From NCBI GenBank assembly GCA_045107075.1, contig JBGCFV010000047.1, positions 17,351 to 81,350 on the forward strand: 64,000 bases of DNA, read 5' to 3'. This document shows, in pieces, positions 28,615 to 37,059 of this stretch (its first letter is position 1; the number at the start of each line of letters is the position of its first letter). Under the pieces are notes generated by a model. It was not told where the DNA came from, searched no databases, and was given only the letters and a program-made list of their open reading frames with translations. The DNA is from Gammaproteobacteria bacterium. GTDB lineage: Bacteria; Pseudomonadota; Gammaproteobacteria; Steroidobacterales; SZUA-146. The translations under genes were made by a program, and so were the position numbers.

Positions 28615-29706
28615 ATGACTTACAACTCCCATTTGCAAAACAGGTTATCGCGGCGCACCTTACTCACATTTGCGCTCATATTAACCGCGTTGATTTCGAC
28701 TGAAGGCTCGTACGCTCAACACCAACACGCCGACAAGATGAAACGCCAGGAAGGTCAACAACAGTACGCACAGTTAGGAAAATGCAAATTAGAGAACGGT
28801 CAAACGATCGAGTCCTGTCGCCTGGGCTACCGCACTTACGGCACTCTCAACAAGAACAAAACCAATGGCGTGTTGATTCCAACCTGGTTTACCGGTGACT
28901 CCAAGAGCCATGCGTTTCTTGCGGACAAAAACCTGATTGATCCGGAAAAATATTTCATTGTTGTCGTTGATGCATTTGGAAACGGCGTTTCATCTTCTCC
29001 CAGCAACAGCGATGGACAACCCGGAGAATCGTTCCCCCGGTTCACCATAGGAGATTTGGTCGAATCGCAACATCGGCTGTTAGAAACTGAATTTGGAATT
29101 CATTCGCTTCACGCGGTCGTAGGAATTTCCATGGGCGGCATGCAGGCCTTCGAATGGGCTGTTAGGTACCCCGGTTTCGCCACAAAAACTGTCTCGGCGA
29201 TTGGAAGCCCCCGCCTTGCGGCATTTAATATTGCTCTATGGGAAACACGAAACCGAATTCTGGCACTGTACCGGGATTGTGAATGCGTTAATGCAACCGC
29301 GGCTTTATCCGGTTTCGGCTATTTGCTGATGGTCCCTGAAAAAGTCGAAGAGCTGGCGCCCAGGGAAAATGTAAGCGAGTCATTACATGAACTTGGTAAA
29401 GCTCAGTTCACCAACCTGTCTTCGTTGCAAACGTGGGATCAACAACGTCAGGCGGAAGCCATGATCACACACAATATCGCTGAGGGTCTGCGAAACGACA
29501 TGAATAGCGCTGCTGCAATCACTGAAAGCGAATTCCTTATCGTCGTCTCAGCTGACGATCGAGTTGTCACACCCGCCCCGGCTTTGGCGTTCGCAGAGCT
29601 TGTAGGCGCCCAAATTGAGATAATGGATCACGATTGTGGTCATGGAGATCTCACGTGTGCGCCAAACAAGTTTGCCGGTTTTGTTCAGAGCTTCCTTAAC
29701 AAGTAG
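28615..29706 (+). CDS. exported alpha/beta hydrolase of the MetX (homoserine O-acetyltransferase)-like family
   Basis: 363 aa with a signal peptide (..LISTEGSYAQ). Nucleophile elbow GISMGGMQAFEW, and a C-terminal D..H (DDRVV, DCGHGD). Confidence 0.7.
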   Translation: MTYNSHLQNRLSRRTLLTFALILTALISTEGSYAQHQHADKMKRQEGQQQYAQLGKCKLENGQTIESCRLGYRTYGTLNKNKTNGVLIPTWFTGDSKSHAFLADKNLIDPEKYFIVVVDAFGNGVSSSPSNSDGQPGESFPRFTIGDLVESQHRLLETEFGIHSLHAVVGISMGGMQAFEWAVRYPGFATKTVSAIGSPRLAAFNIALWETRNRILALYRDCECVNATAALSGFGYLLMVPEKVEELAPRENVSESLHELGKAQFTNLSSLQTWDQQRQAEAMITHNIAEGLRNDMNSAAAITESEFLIVVSADDRVVTPAPALAFAELVGAQIEIMDHDCGHGDLTCAPNKFAGFVQSFLNK

Positions 29707-29810
29707 TCTCTCAACAATTTATTCCGCGAATCAATTAATTCTCTAACCGTGAAGAACCCTTCCAGTTCTAATACCCATCATTGAGCGTTGCGTATAGAGC
29801 AGACGCGCTT

Positions 29811-29845
29811 GGAGCTGTCAGCATTGCGTTTACACTGACAGCTCC
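29811..29845. terminator. hairpin between convergent genes (terminator candidate)
   Basis: GGAGCTGTCAG (29811-29821) pairs with CTGACAGCTCC (29835-29845), an 11-bp stem. No strong T-tract follows, so support is weak. Confidence 0.3.
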
Positions 29846-29894
29846 CATTTCATAACGCAGTAGACAGCGTTTTTCATCACTCCTTGTAGAACGC

Positions 29895-31757
29895 TTACTC
29901 GGCTGGACTATTGCAAGATGGCCCTGGTGGCATCAGGAACATCCTGGACAAACGCGAAAGATCAATAAAATTAACCGCCCCATCTCCATTCAGATCATAG
30001 ACTGCGTTTCCCGTTAGAAAATTGTCCGACCATTCTGCGATATCAAGAAAATTCACAACACCCGAGTTATCGAAATCTCCGTCACAGGAATTACCATGCC
30101 CATCCCCATCTGAGTCCAGCTGAATATTACCGCCGTCGTCTGTTTCAAGCGGGCCATTCGGAACGTTAATGCAGTTATCGCCACACATGGCAACCGCATT
30201 CGCACAGCTCCCCAGAATACATTGAACGCTTACGGTATAACCTCCGGTCGAGAGACCATTAAGATCGCGTATGAGCAATGAATAGGCGCCCGTTATTTGG
30301 GGGACAAACTCTCTGCTGAACGAACAACTGTCGAGACAGCTGTACATATCTTCAACACCATTTATAACCAGATTATTATTTGGGTCGCGAATCTCAACTG
30401 TTGGATCAAGAAAATTGGCAAATGACGTTACGGAGATCTGAACCAGGTCATTTTGAGTGCCGCCAAAGAGAAAAATATCTGCATCGATTGCGGGTGAAAT
30501 CTCATCGGACGCGACAGTGCCATAACTCAACACCGCGGGCGTGTCGTAGCTAACACGAGGGTTTCCATCAACAACGCCGTCTGCGTCACTGTCACACGGA
30601 CCGCTAATGCACCACATAGAAATATCATAGCCTCCGGTCGATATTCGCCCCCGATCGCGTATAAGCACAGAATACATTCCATCCAGAGTCGGCACGAGAT
30701 CTACAGTAAATGAACAGCTATCCAGGCACTGTGCGCCATCTAAAACACCGTCTATTACCAGAACATTATTAGGATCACGAACTTCAATAGTTGGGTCCAT
30801 GAAGTTACTGAAAGCCGACGCGCTGATACGAATCTCTGTACCCACGGTTGCGTTTATACGATAAAAATCTGCATCAACGTTGGGTTCAATCTCGGCACTG
30901 ATCTCCGATACGTAAGAAAGCAAATTACCCTTCTCGTCCGGCGCACCATCACCATCACTGTCGCAGTCACCCGAGATACACCACAGGCTAATGTTGTATG
31001 CGCCAGTTTCAAAGCTTAACCGATCGTACACAGCCACGGAGTACCAACCGTCAACGTCCGGCATAACGTCTTTGGAGAACGCGCAGCCATCCAGACAAAA
31101 CGCACCATCGTCAACACCGTTTACAATGAATGACCCATCCGGACGGCGCACTTCAAAAACCGGGTCCATAAAATTAGCCAGCGCTGACCCGTTAATGCGA
31201 ACTGCCGTACCGGTGACACCATAGAACCGGAAGAAGTCACTATCTGTATGAGGGGCTATTTCGTCGACCAGAGTTTCGTCATAACTCAAAAGCTGAGAAC
31301 TCGAAAACGCCGGATAGTGACGCTCGAGTTGCAGCGTATAATCACCGGTAGACTGAGTACTGTTGTCAGATAAAAACAACGTATGGCAGCCTGAATCAAC
31401 AACGGTATAGTTCAATGTTAATGCACAGCTATCAAGACACACCTCCTCAGCCACAATTACCCCTGAAGGGTTGCGAACCACAAGTTTCGGGTCGAGAAAA
31501 CTCGCCAACGCCGCAACTTTGATATTGACTTCATCACCCACCTCCGGACAGAACTCGAATCGGTCTAAGTCTGAAGGGTCATCAATATCACAGCCCGTCG
31601 TGTGCTCCCCGTACTGTAAGAGCTGCACTGATTCATCCGTTGCGCACGCTATTGAAACTTCCGTCTGCTGCGCAAAAGCGGTGGCTGAAAAACCAAATAC
31701 CGCAACTAATACACTGCACCAAAACGCTTTAAATATAGATCGAATCCACTCTTTCAC
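29895..31757 (-). CDS. secreted protein with four tandem PPC (pre-peptidase C-terminal)-like repeats and the TSP3/dockerin-like cassette
   Basis: Signal peptide (..GFSATAFAQQ). There are four repeats of about 115 aa. Each has the blocks D.D.F.F, (A/S)NF(M/L)DP..E(V/I)R.P, C.D(S/G)C.F, G.YS..(V/I).D and GGY.(I/V)S. The C-terminus is DSDGDGHGNSCD..DLNGDGAVNFIDLSRLSRMFLMPPGPS. GTG start. Confidence 0.75.
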   Translation of the reverse strand: MKEWIRSIFKAFWCSVLVAVFGFSATAFAQQTEVSIACATDESVQLLQYGEHTTGCDIDDPSDLDRFEFCPEVGDEVNIKVAALASFLDPKLVVRNPSGVIVAEEVCLDSCALTLNYTVVDSGCHTLFLSDNSTQSTGDYTLQLERHYPAFSSSQLLSYDETLVDEIAPHTDSDFFRFYGVTGTAVRINGSALANFMDPVFEVRRPDGSFIVNGVDDGAFCLDGCAFSKDVMPDVDGWYSVAVYDRLSFETGAYNISLWCISGDCDSDGDGAPDEKGNLLSYVSEISAEIEPNVDADFYRINATVGTEIRISASAFSNFMDPTIEVRDPNNVLVIDGVLDGAQCLDSCSFTVDLVPTLDGMYSVLIRDRGRISTGGYDISMWCISGPCDSDADGVVDGNPRVSYDTPAVLSYGTVASDEISPAIDADIFLFGGTQNDLVQISVTSFANFLDPTVEIRDPNNNLVINGVEDMYSCLDSCSFSREFVPQITGAYSLLIRDLNGLSTGGYTVSVQCILGSCANAVAMCGDNCINVPNGPLETDDGGNIQLDSDGDGHGNSCDGDFDNSGVVNFLDIAEWSDNFLTGNAVYDLNGDGAVNFIDLSRLSRMFLMPPGPSCNSPAE

Positions 31758-31921
31758 CGTCGTTCTCCCGTTTGATTCTCTAGCCTCTGAAATGTATTGC
31801 GTACGCGGGAGGTAAACGGGGCAATCTTTTTTTCTACATCATTTTATTATTCAGCCACTGGTCATCCGACCATGACAGCCTATACTGAAAGGGAATGGTT
31901 ATAAGACTAGGGGGCACATGA

Positions 31922-32524
31922 ATGCCTGAATCAGGAAACAATTCAAATTCTTCTGATCGTTTTTTAGTGTACGAGAACGAGGATCCGGTTACATCCACAG
32001 ATGACAAAGCCCTTTATCGTGAGCTTCATCGCATCGCCGCTTATCTGATGTCCGCCGAACAAGCCGGTCACACTTTGCAGCCAACCGCTCTAATTAATGA
32101 AGCCTGGCTTCGCTTAAATCAGAGTAACTCCATAGAAACTGAAAATCGGCAGCACTTTGTTGCGGCTGCAGCGTTGCAAATGCGCCACGCGCTGGTTGAT
32201 CATGCACGTCGAAAGAACGCCGCCAAACGTCCATCTCGTGGACTTCGACTATCTCTCAATCAATACGAAAGCAGCGACGAAATCACTTTCAGCAACCAAG
32301 CTACAGAGATTGTTGATATCTGCCTTGCAATAGAGAAGCTGGAAAAACGGAACGCCCGCCCTGGTCAGGTATTTGAGCTGCGTTATCTGGGTGGACTGAG
32401 TGTTCCGGATTGCGCCAACTACCTCAACGTGTCGGAACGTACCGTTAAAAGCGACTGGAAGTTCGCCAGCGCCTGGATTGCCCGACACCTTGAACTAACG
32501 CACGAGAAGCCACAGCAAAAATAA
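31922..32524 (+). CDS. ECF-type RNA polymerase sigma factor (Sigma70_ECF / TIGR02999-like)
   Basis: 200 aa. GHTLQPTALINEAWLRL is the hallmark region-2 block of this subfamily. The region-4 HTH is LRYLGGLSVPDCANYLNVSERTVKSDW. Confidence 0.8.
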   Translation: MPESGNNSNSSDRFLVYENEDPVTSTDDKALYRELHRIAAYLMSAEQAGHTLQPTALINEAWLRLNQSNSIETENRQHFVAAAALQMRHALVDHARRKNAAKRPSRGLRLSLNQYESSDEITFSNQATEIVDICLAIEKLEKRNARPGQVFELRYLGGLSVPDCANYLNVSERTVKSDWKFASAWIARHLELTHEKPQQK

Positions 32525-32555
32525 AATCACCTTCCGGAAGACACCGCACAAAAAG

Positions 32556-35255
32556 TTGCGACAGGACACCAGAGTCATGGCCACCATACAGCACGATGCT
32601 ATTGCGACTATCTTTTCCCACGCAAGCTCTCTTGACGAGGAGCAACGCAATTGCTATCTGGATGAAGTCTGCGCCGGCAATCCGGAACTCCGTACCGAAA
32701 TAAATAATCTGATGCGGCATGCGGAAGCCGGCAGCACCCGATTTGGCATAGCACCTGATTCACATCGCTTGCAAACATTATCGCAGATTGTGGCCATGCC
32801 AAAACATGTCGGACCCTACCGTTTACTCGACATTTTAGGCAACGGCGGCATGGCCATCGTTTATCTGGCGAAACAGGAATCTCCACAGCGCCAGGTTGCC
32901 TTAAAGATGATTAAGCTGGGCATGGACTCTGAGCAAATCCTTCATCGGTTTGACGCCGAACGTGAAGCGCTCGCGACTATGCGACACGAGGGTATCGCCA
33001 CTATCTTCGACGCCGGCTTGAACGAAGATGGTCGGTCGTATTTTGTAATGGAGTATGTAGAAGGCACAAATATTGTTGAGTTTTGCAAGCATCACACACT
33101 CACGTTGCCCGACCGAATCAGGCTGATTATTCAAGTGTGCCACGCCACGGCACACGCACACCAAAGAGGTGTAATTCATCGCGATTTAAAGCCTTCGAAT
33201 ATTCTGGTTTGTACTGTAAATGGAGAACCGTCTCCCAAAATTATCGACTTCGGAATTGCACGCAGCATATCGGGTCCAAAGAGTAAAGCCAGACCAGTCA
33301 CCCAACACAACCAGATCATTGGAACCCCGCAATATATGAGCCCGGAACAAGCGGACGCTTCCATTCATGACGTAGACACACGTACTGATGTGTACTCACT
33401 CGGAGTGGTATTCCACGAACTGATCATGGGCTGCCGCCCTGCTCTAACTGATTCGACGAAGGTTTCAAGCACGGTCTCGATACAAAAAACGCTGAGTAAG
33501 GTGAGCGATGAAGAACTCAAGGTACTCGCCCAAGAACGTCGCTGTAGCCCCGGCGGTTTCACCAAGTTTCTTGATGGCGACCTCAACTGGATCATGTGCA
33601 AGGCTCTGGAACCGGACCGAAACACCCGTTACGCTTCGATATCAGCCTTCTCCGACGATCTGGATAGCTTTCTGCGAGGACGAGCGGTAAGCGCCCACCC
33701 GCCGAGCCGCCTTTATCAGCTAAGCTGTTTTTTGCGCAATCATACGGCTGGAGTAGCCGCTACCTCAGCTATCGTTCTCGGGCTCATTATTAGTACCGTA
33801 GGACTGGCCATTGGTTTTAATCGAGCGGAAGAAGCGTTACTGGTGGCGGAAAACTCCAGGCAAGTAGCTGTCCAGGCACAACTTGCGATGGAACGGCAAA
33901 GTGCGCTGGCGCAGCTGGAATCACGTCGCGCGCACGAAGTCACAAATTTTATGATCGAGCTATTTGACGTAGCCAGCCCAACAGGGGCTAATACTACCGA
34001 CCTGAATGCGCTTGAATTGCTCAAGCGCGGCGTCAGTAATATTGATAGCGAACTTCGCAATCAGCCGCTAGTGCGCTCCTCGCTGCTTGAAAGCCTGGCT
34101 CGCGTCCACCTGAACCTGGGTCAATATGGTGAAGCGAAGGTACTCGCGGAAGAAGCACTATCCATTATGGAAGAAAAGGCTCGCGACGAGCAATACCTAC
34201 CAGCGCGTGTTCAGGCCTATCGAACACGTGGTCTTACTCATTTCTACCAAGGTGAGTACCAGCCGGCTGAATCCGTTTATCGAAAAGCAATTGAACTGCA
34301 GCTACGTATTGAGCCAAATCAGACTGTCGAATATGCCGAGCTCAAGCACAATCTGGCTAATGCTGTATTCGAACAAGGCGAGCAGCAAGAAGCCTTGACA
34401 CTCTTTCAGGAGACGCTCGAAATCCGTGAGCAGTTACTTCCTGAACCGCATGAAAAAATAGCCGAATCTCTCAACAGCGTTGCATCAGTCCATCGCCGAC
34501 TTGGTAACCTGGAAGAGGCTTTGGAGCACTACCACAAGTCGCTCAAAGTTCGCCACTCATTGGGACAAGACACGCACCCCGATACAGCCATCACGCTAAG
34601 CAACCTGGGCGTCACTCACTTCAACTTAAAACGCTTTGACGAGGCCGAAGTCTATTTGCTGGATGCACTCGCCATGCAAAGAGTCGTTTTTAGGCAGGAC
34701 CACCCTCAGGTAGGGACCGTTTTGGCAAACCTGGGCGCTACGCTTGCGGCATCAAAACAACTCAACAAAGCAAGTACTTACTTAAGCGAGTCGGTAGCAT
34801 GGCACCGAAAAACGCTTGGCCAGAATCATCCTAACACCGCCAACGCCCTTCTAAACCTCGGATCCGTACTACAGCAGCGCGGACAACTGGATCAGAGTGA
34901 AGCGCTCTTCCGGGAGTGTATTGCCATTTACCGCAAGAGCGCGATCAAATCACCCGTTCTTGGGTTAGCCATGGCCAGTCTCTCTGAAACACTGATGCGT
35001 AAAAACGAAATACTGGAAGCACTTACGCTCGCAGAAGAAAGTCACACTCAGCTTGTAACAACATTGCCAGAAAAGCATCCGTGGCTGTATGTGGCCCAGG
35101 CAGCCGTAGGAGCCGCGGAGGGAGCCAATGGCAACGTAACACGCGCCCGCTCGCTGCTAACCGATAGCCTTCCTGTTCTGGCAAAGACGTTTGGCGAGGA
35201 TAGCGCTCGTACCGTTTCTGTACGAAACTACTTGCTCAAGCTTGATACACCTTGA
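32556..35255 (+). CDS. Ser/Thr protein kinase with one TM helix and a long C-terminal TPR array
   Basis: Hanks kinase motifs GNGGMAIVY, VALKMIK, HRDLKPSNILV, DFGIAR and GTPQYMSPEQ. TM helix AGVAATSAIVLGLIISTVGLAIGF, followed by at least 10 TPR-like units. The likely start is the ATG at 32577. Confidence 0.85.
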   Translation: MRQDTRVMATIQHDAIATIFSHASSLDEEQRNCYLDEVCAGNPELRTEINNLMRHAEAGSTRFGIAPDSHRLQTLSQIVAMPKHVGPYRLLDILGNGGMAIVYLAKQESPQRQVALKMIKLGMDSEQILHRFDAEREALATMRHEGIATIFDAGLNEDGRSYFVMEYVEGTNIVEFCKHHTLTLPDRIRLIIQVCHATAHAHQRGVIHRDLKPSNILVCTVNGEPSPKIIDFGIARSISGPKSKARPVTQHNQIIGTPQYMSPEQADASIHDVDTRTDVYSLGVVFHELIMGCRPALTDSTKVSSTVSIQKTLSKVSDEELKVLAQERRCSPGGFTKFLDGDLNWIMCKALEPDRNTRYASISAFSDDLDSFLRGRAVSAHPPSRLYQLSCFLRNHTAGVAATSAIVLGLIISTVGLAIGFNRAEEALLVAENSRQVAVQAQLAMERQSALAQLESRRAHEVTNFMIELFDVASPTGANTTDLNALELLKRGVSNIDSELRNQPLVRSSLLESLARVHLNLGQYGEAKVLAEEALSIMEEKARDEQYLPARVQAYRTRGLTHFYQGEYQPAESVYRKAIELQLRIEPNQTVEYAELKHNLANAVFEQGEQQEALTLFQETLEIREQLLPEPHEKIAESLNSVASVHRRLGNLEEALEHYHKSLKVRHSLGQDTHPDTAITLSNLGVTHFNLKRFDEAEVYLLDALAMQRVVFRQDHPQVGTVLANLGATLAASKQLNKASTYLSESVAWHRKTLGQNHPNTANALLNLGSVLQQRGQLDQSEALFRECIAIYRKSAIKSPVLGLAMASLSETLMRKNEILEALTLAEESHTQLVTTLPEKHPWLYVAQAAVGAAEGANGNVTRARSLLTDSLPVLAKTFGEDSARTVSVRNYLLKLDTP

Positions 35256-35280
35256 GATGAATTAAAATGTAGCGAGCCGC

Positions 35281-36153
35281 TCAATTGGAACGCCCTTCAA
35301 TCAGCTCGCGATTCTTACGAAGCACATCAACCAAAAACTGCATTACACATTGAATGCGGGGTGTATCTCTCAGATCCGGGTGTGTCAGCACCCACAAGTC
35401 CAAACCACTAAATGCCCGAGCTCCGGGCAATCGACTCAACCGGGGATCTGGATCAGCCATGTAACAGGCATCGATAATCATGCCGTGCTTCTCCAATGCC
35501 GCTTCGTGCCGCATGATGACGTCGTTTATTTTCAAGCCTACCGGTGCGTCAGGAAAAGGCGACTTGGCTAACAGTGTTTTACGCACGCTGTTATCCGCGC
35601 CGCCAATCCACGCGTAGTCCGATTCCATATTGTCTTTGAGATAGTCAACGTGACTGTAATAACAAAGGGCGTACGGAAACAGACGTCGTCCAACCAGGTG
35701 ATCGGGAGGTTGCTTCGTACCTCTAACAACAACGTCTGCCTCAGAACGATCGAGATTAACCAGACGATTTGAGGGGCCGACCACTAAATCAATAGCCGGG
35801 TATTCACGCTGAAATTTGGCTAACTCGGACAAAAGCAAAAATCGGTAAAGCGTATCAGGCACCGACAGCTTTACCTCACCTGACAGGTCCACAGCCTCGG
35901 CGCGACGCTGTCGTTGCGAAGCGATGACAATCAGCTCCATTTGTTCGGCGCTCTCAATCACGCGATCACCGTGTGATGTCGGCCGGTAACCACCCACAAT
36001 TTTCTCGAACAGAGGCCCAGCGGCAGCCTGATTGATTGCCTGCAAGCGCCTGGACACCGTGGAGTGATTTACCCCAAGTCTTTGTGCTGCGCCCCGCAGC
36101 GTACCGGCCCGATCCAGTGCCAGAACAAAGCGATAGTCGTCCCAATTTTCCAT
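35281..36153 (-). CDS. LysR family transcriptional regulator
   Basis: HTH LALDRAGTLRGAAQRLGVNHSTVSRRL plus a LysR substrate-binding fold. I chose the start MENWDDYRF at 36153; the track ORF extends to 36195. Confidence 0.85.
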   Translation of the reverse strand: MENWDDYRFVLALDRAGTLRGAAQRLGVNHSTVSRRLQAINQAAAGPLFEKIVGGYRPTSHGDRVIESAEQMELIVIASQRQRRAEAVDLSGEVKLSVPDTLYRFLLLSELAKFQREYPAIDLVVGPSNRLVNLDRSEADVVVRGTKQPPDHLVGRRLFPYALCYYSHVDYLKDNMESDYAWIGGADNSVRKTLLAKSPFPDAPVGLKINDVIMRHEAALEKHGMIIDACYMADPDPRLSRLPGARAFSGLDLWVLTHPDLRDTPRIQCVMQFLVDVLRKNRELIEGRSN

Positions 36154-36266
36154 TGGTGCATTTTTGCACCGTCTAAATCGAAAGTAAATCCGCAATTATC
36201 GGAGAATTTTCAGGTCATATGGTGCGTATTTGCAATATTTAGCCCATTAGACCTACAGGAACCCAC

Positions 36267-37058
36267 ATGCGCCTAGAATCTCTCAAATTGTCACTTACCC
36301 TATTGGCAGCCCTCTTCTCGCTCTCCACCGGATGCGCCACTGCACCAGAACCCGCTAAAGCAGCGGCGACCGAAACAGCACAGACTTCACCCCTCCCTCA
36401 GCAATCCGTTCTCGAATTACGTGCCGGGCAAGTGCTTTCATTAACAGCACCTGTGCCTCGAGAGAATGCCAGCGATCTTCGCAAAACCTACTATCAACAA
36501 GCCTTTCCGCTCGCACGAAAAGAAGGTCTCGCACGAACCCTCGCGCTCGATGTTACCGGCACGCTAGTCGGCTCTTTTGCACCGGGTGGTCTGGTGTTTT
36601 TTACATGGCCTGATGAAGCCTCGGAAAAAGCCTTTACCTCTAATCCTGATTGGCCTGCTATCAAAGCCACCCGACCTGATGGTTGGGAGGAGCTGCGAAT
36701 TTACAACTCAAAAATAGAGCGTGATATGTCCATTACGTTTCGTCACGACAAGTTTTATACGGCTGCCGTAGCGTGGATCAGTAGCGAAAACCCGGATGAC
36801 TACGAGCGCTACTTGAAGAATATTGAAAGCACCGTAAACGCGGTTGGCGGGCGCTTCCTGTACAAGATGAAAAACATTCGCTACGAAACCCACACGGCAC
36901 CGTTCGAATCGCCGGGGCAAATCACGTTCGTGGAATGGGACACTCAGGAAGGACTTTCGAAGCTGACGTCGTCCAAAGCGTACAAGCAAAATAATCGGTT
37001 CCTGCGAAGCGGCACAACGCGTTTCGAACTTCACAGCATCGCGCCTGGCACCGGTTAA
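36267..37058 (+). CDS. hypothetical lipoprotein
   Basis: 263 aa with a lipobox (LSTGCAT), divergent from the LysR gene. It appears to have two similar halves, possibly DUF1330-like, judged by eye only. Confidence 0.45.
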   Translation: MRLESLKLSLTLLAALFSLSTGCATAPEPAKAAATETAQTSPLPQQSVLELRAGQVLSLTAPVPRENASDLRKTYYQQAFPLARKEGLARTLALDVTGTLVGSFAPGGLVFFTWPDEASEKAFTSNPDWPAIKATRPDGWEELRIYNSKIERDMSITFRHDKFYTAAVAWISSENPDDYERYLKNIESTVNAVGGRFLYKMKNIRYETHTAPFESPGQITFVEWDTQEGLSKLTSSKAYKQNNRFLRSGTTRFELHSIAPGTG

Positions 37059-37059
37059 G

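Noticed and set aside
31758-31921. An attempt to find a shared ECF-type promoter motif upstream of the five cassette genes and the two sigma genes.
   Set aside because: No common -35/-10 pair with plausible spacing could be seen by eye. A claim would need computational motif discovery and mapped transcription starts.
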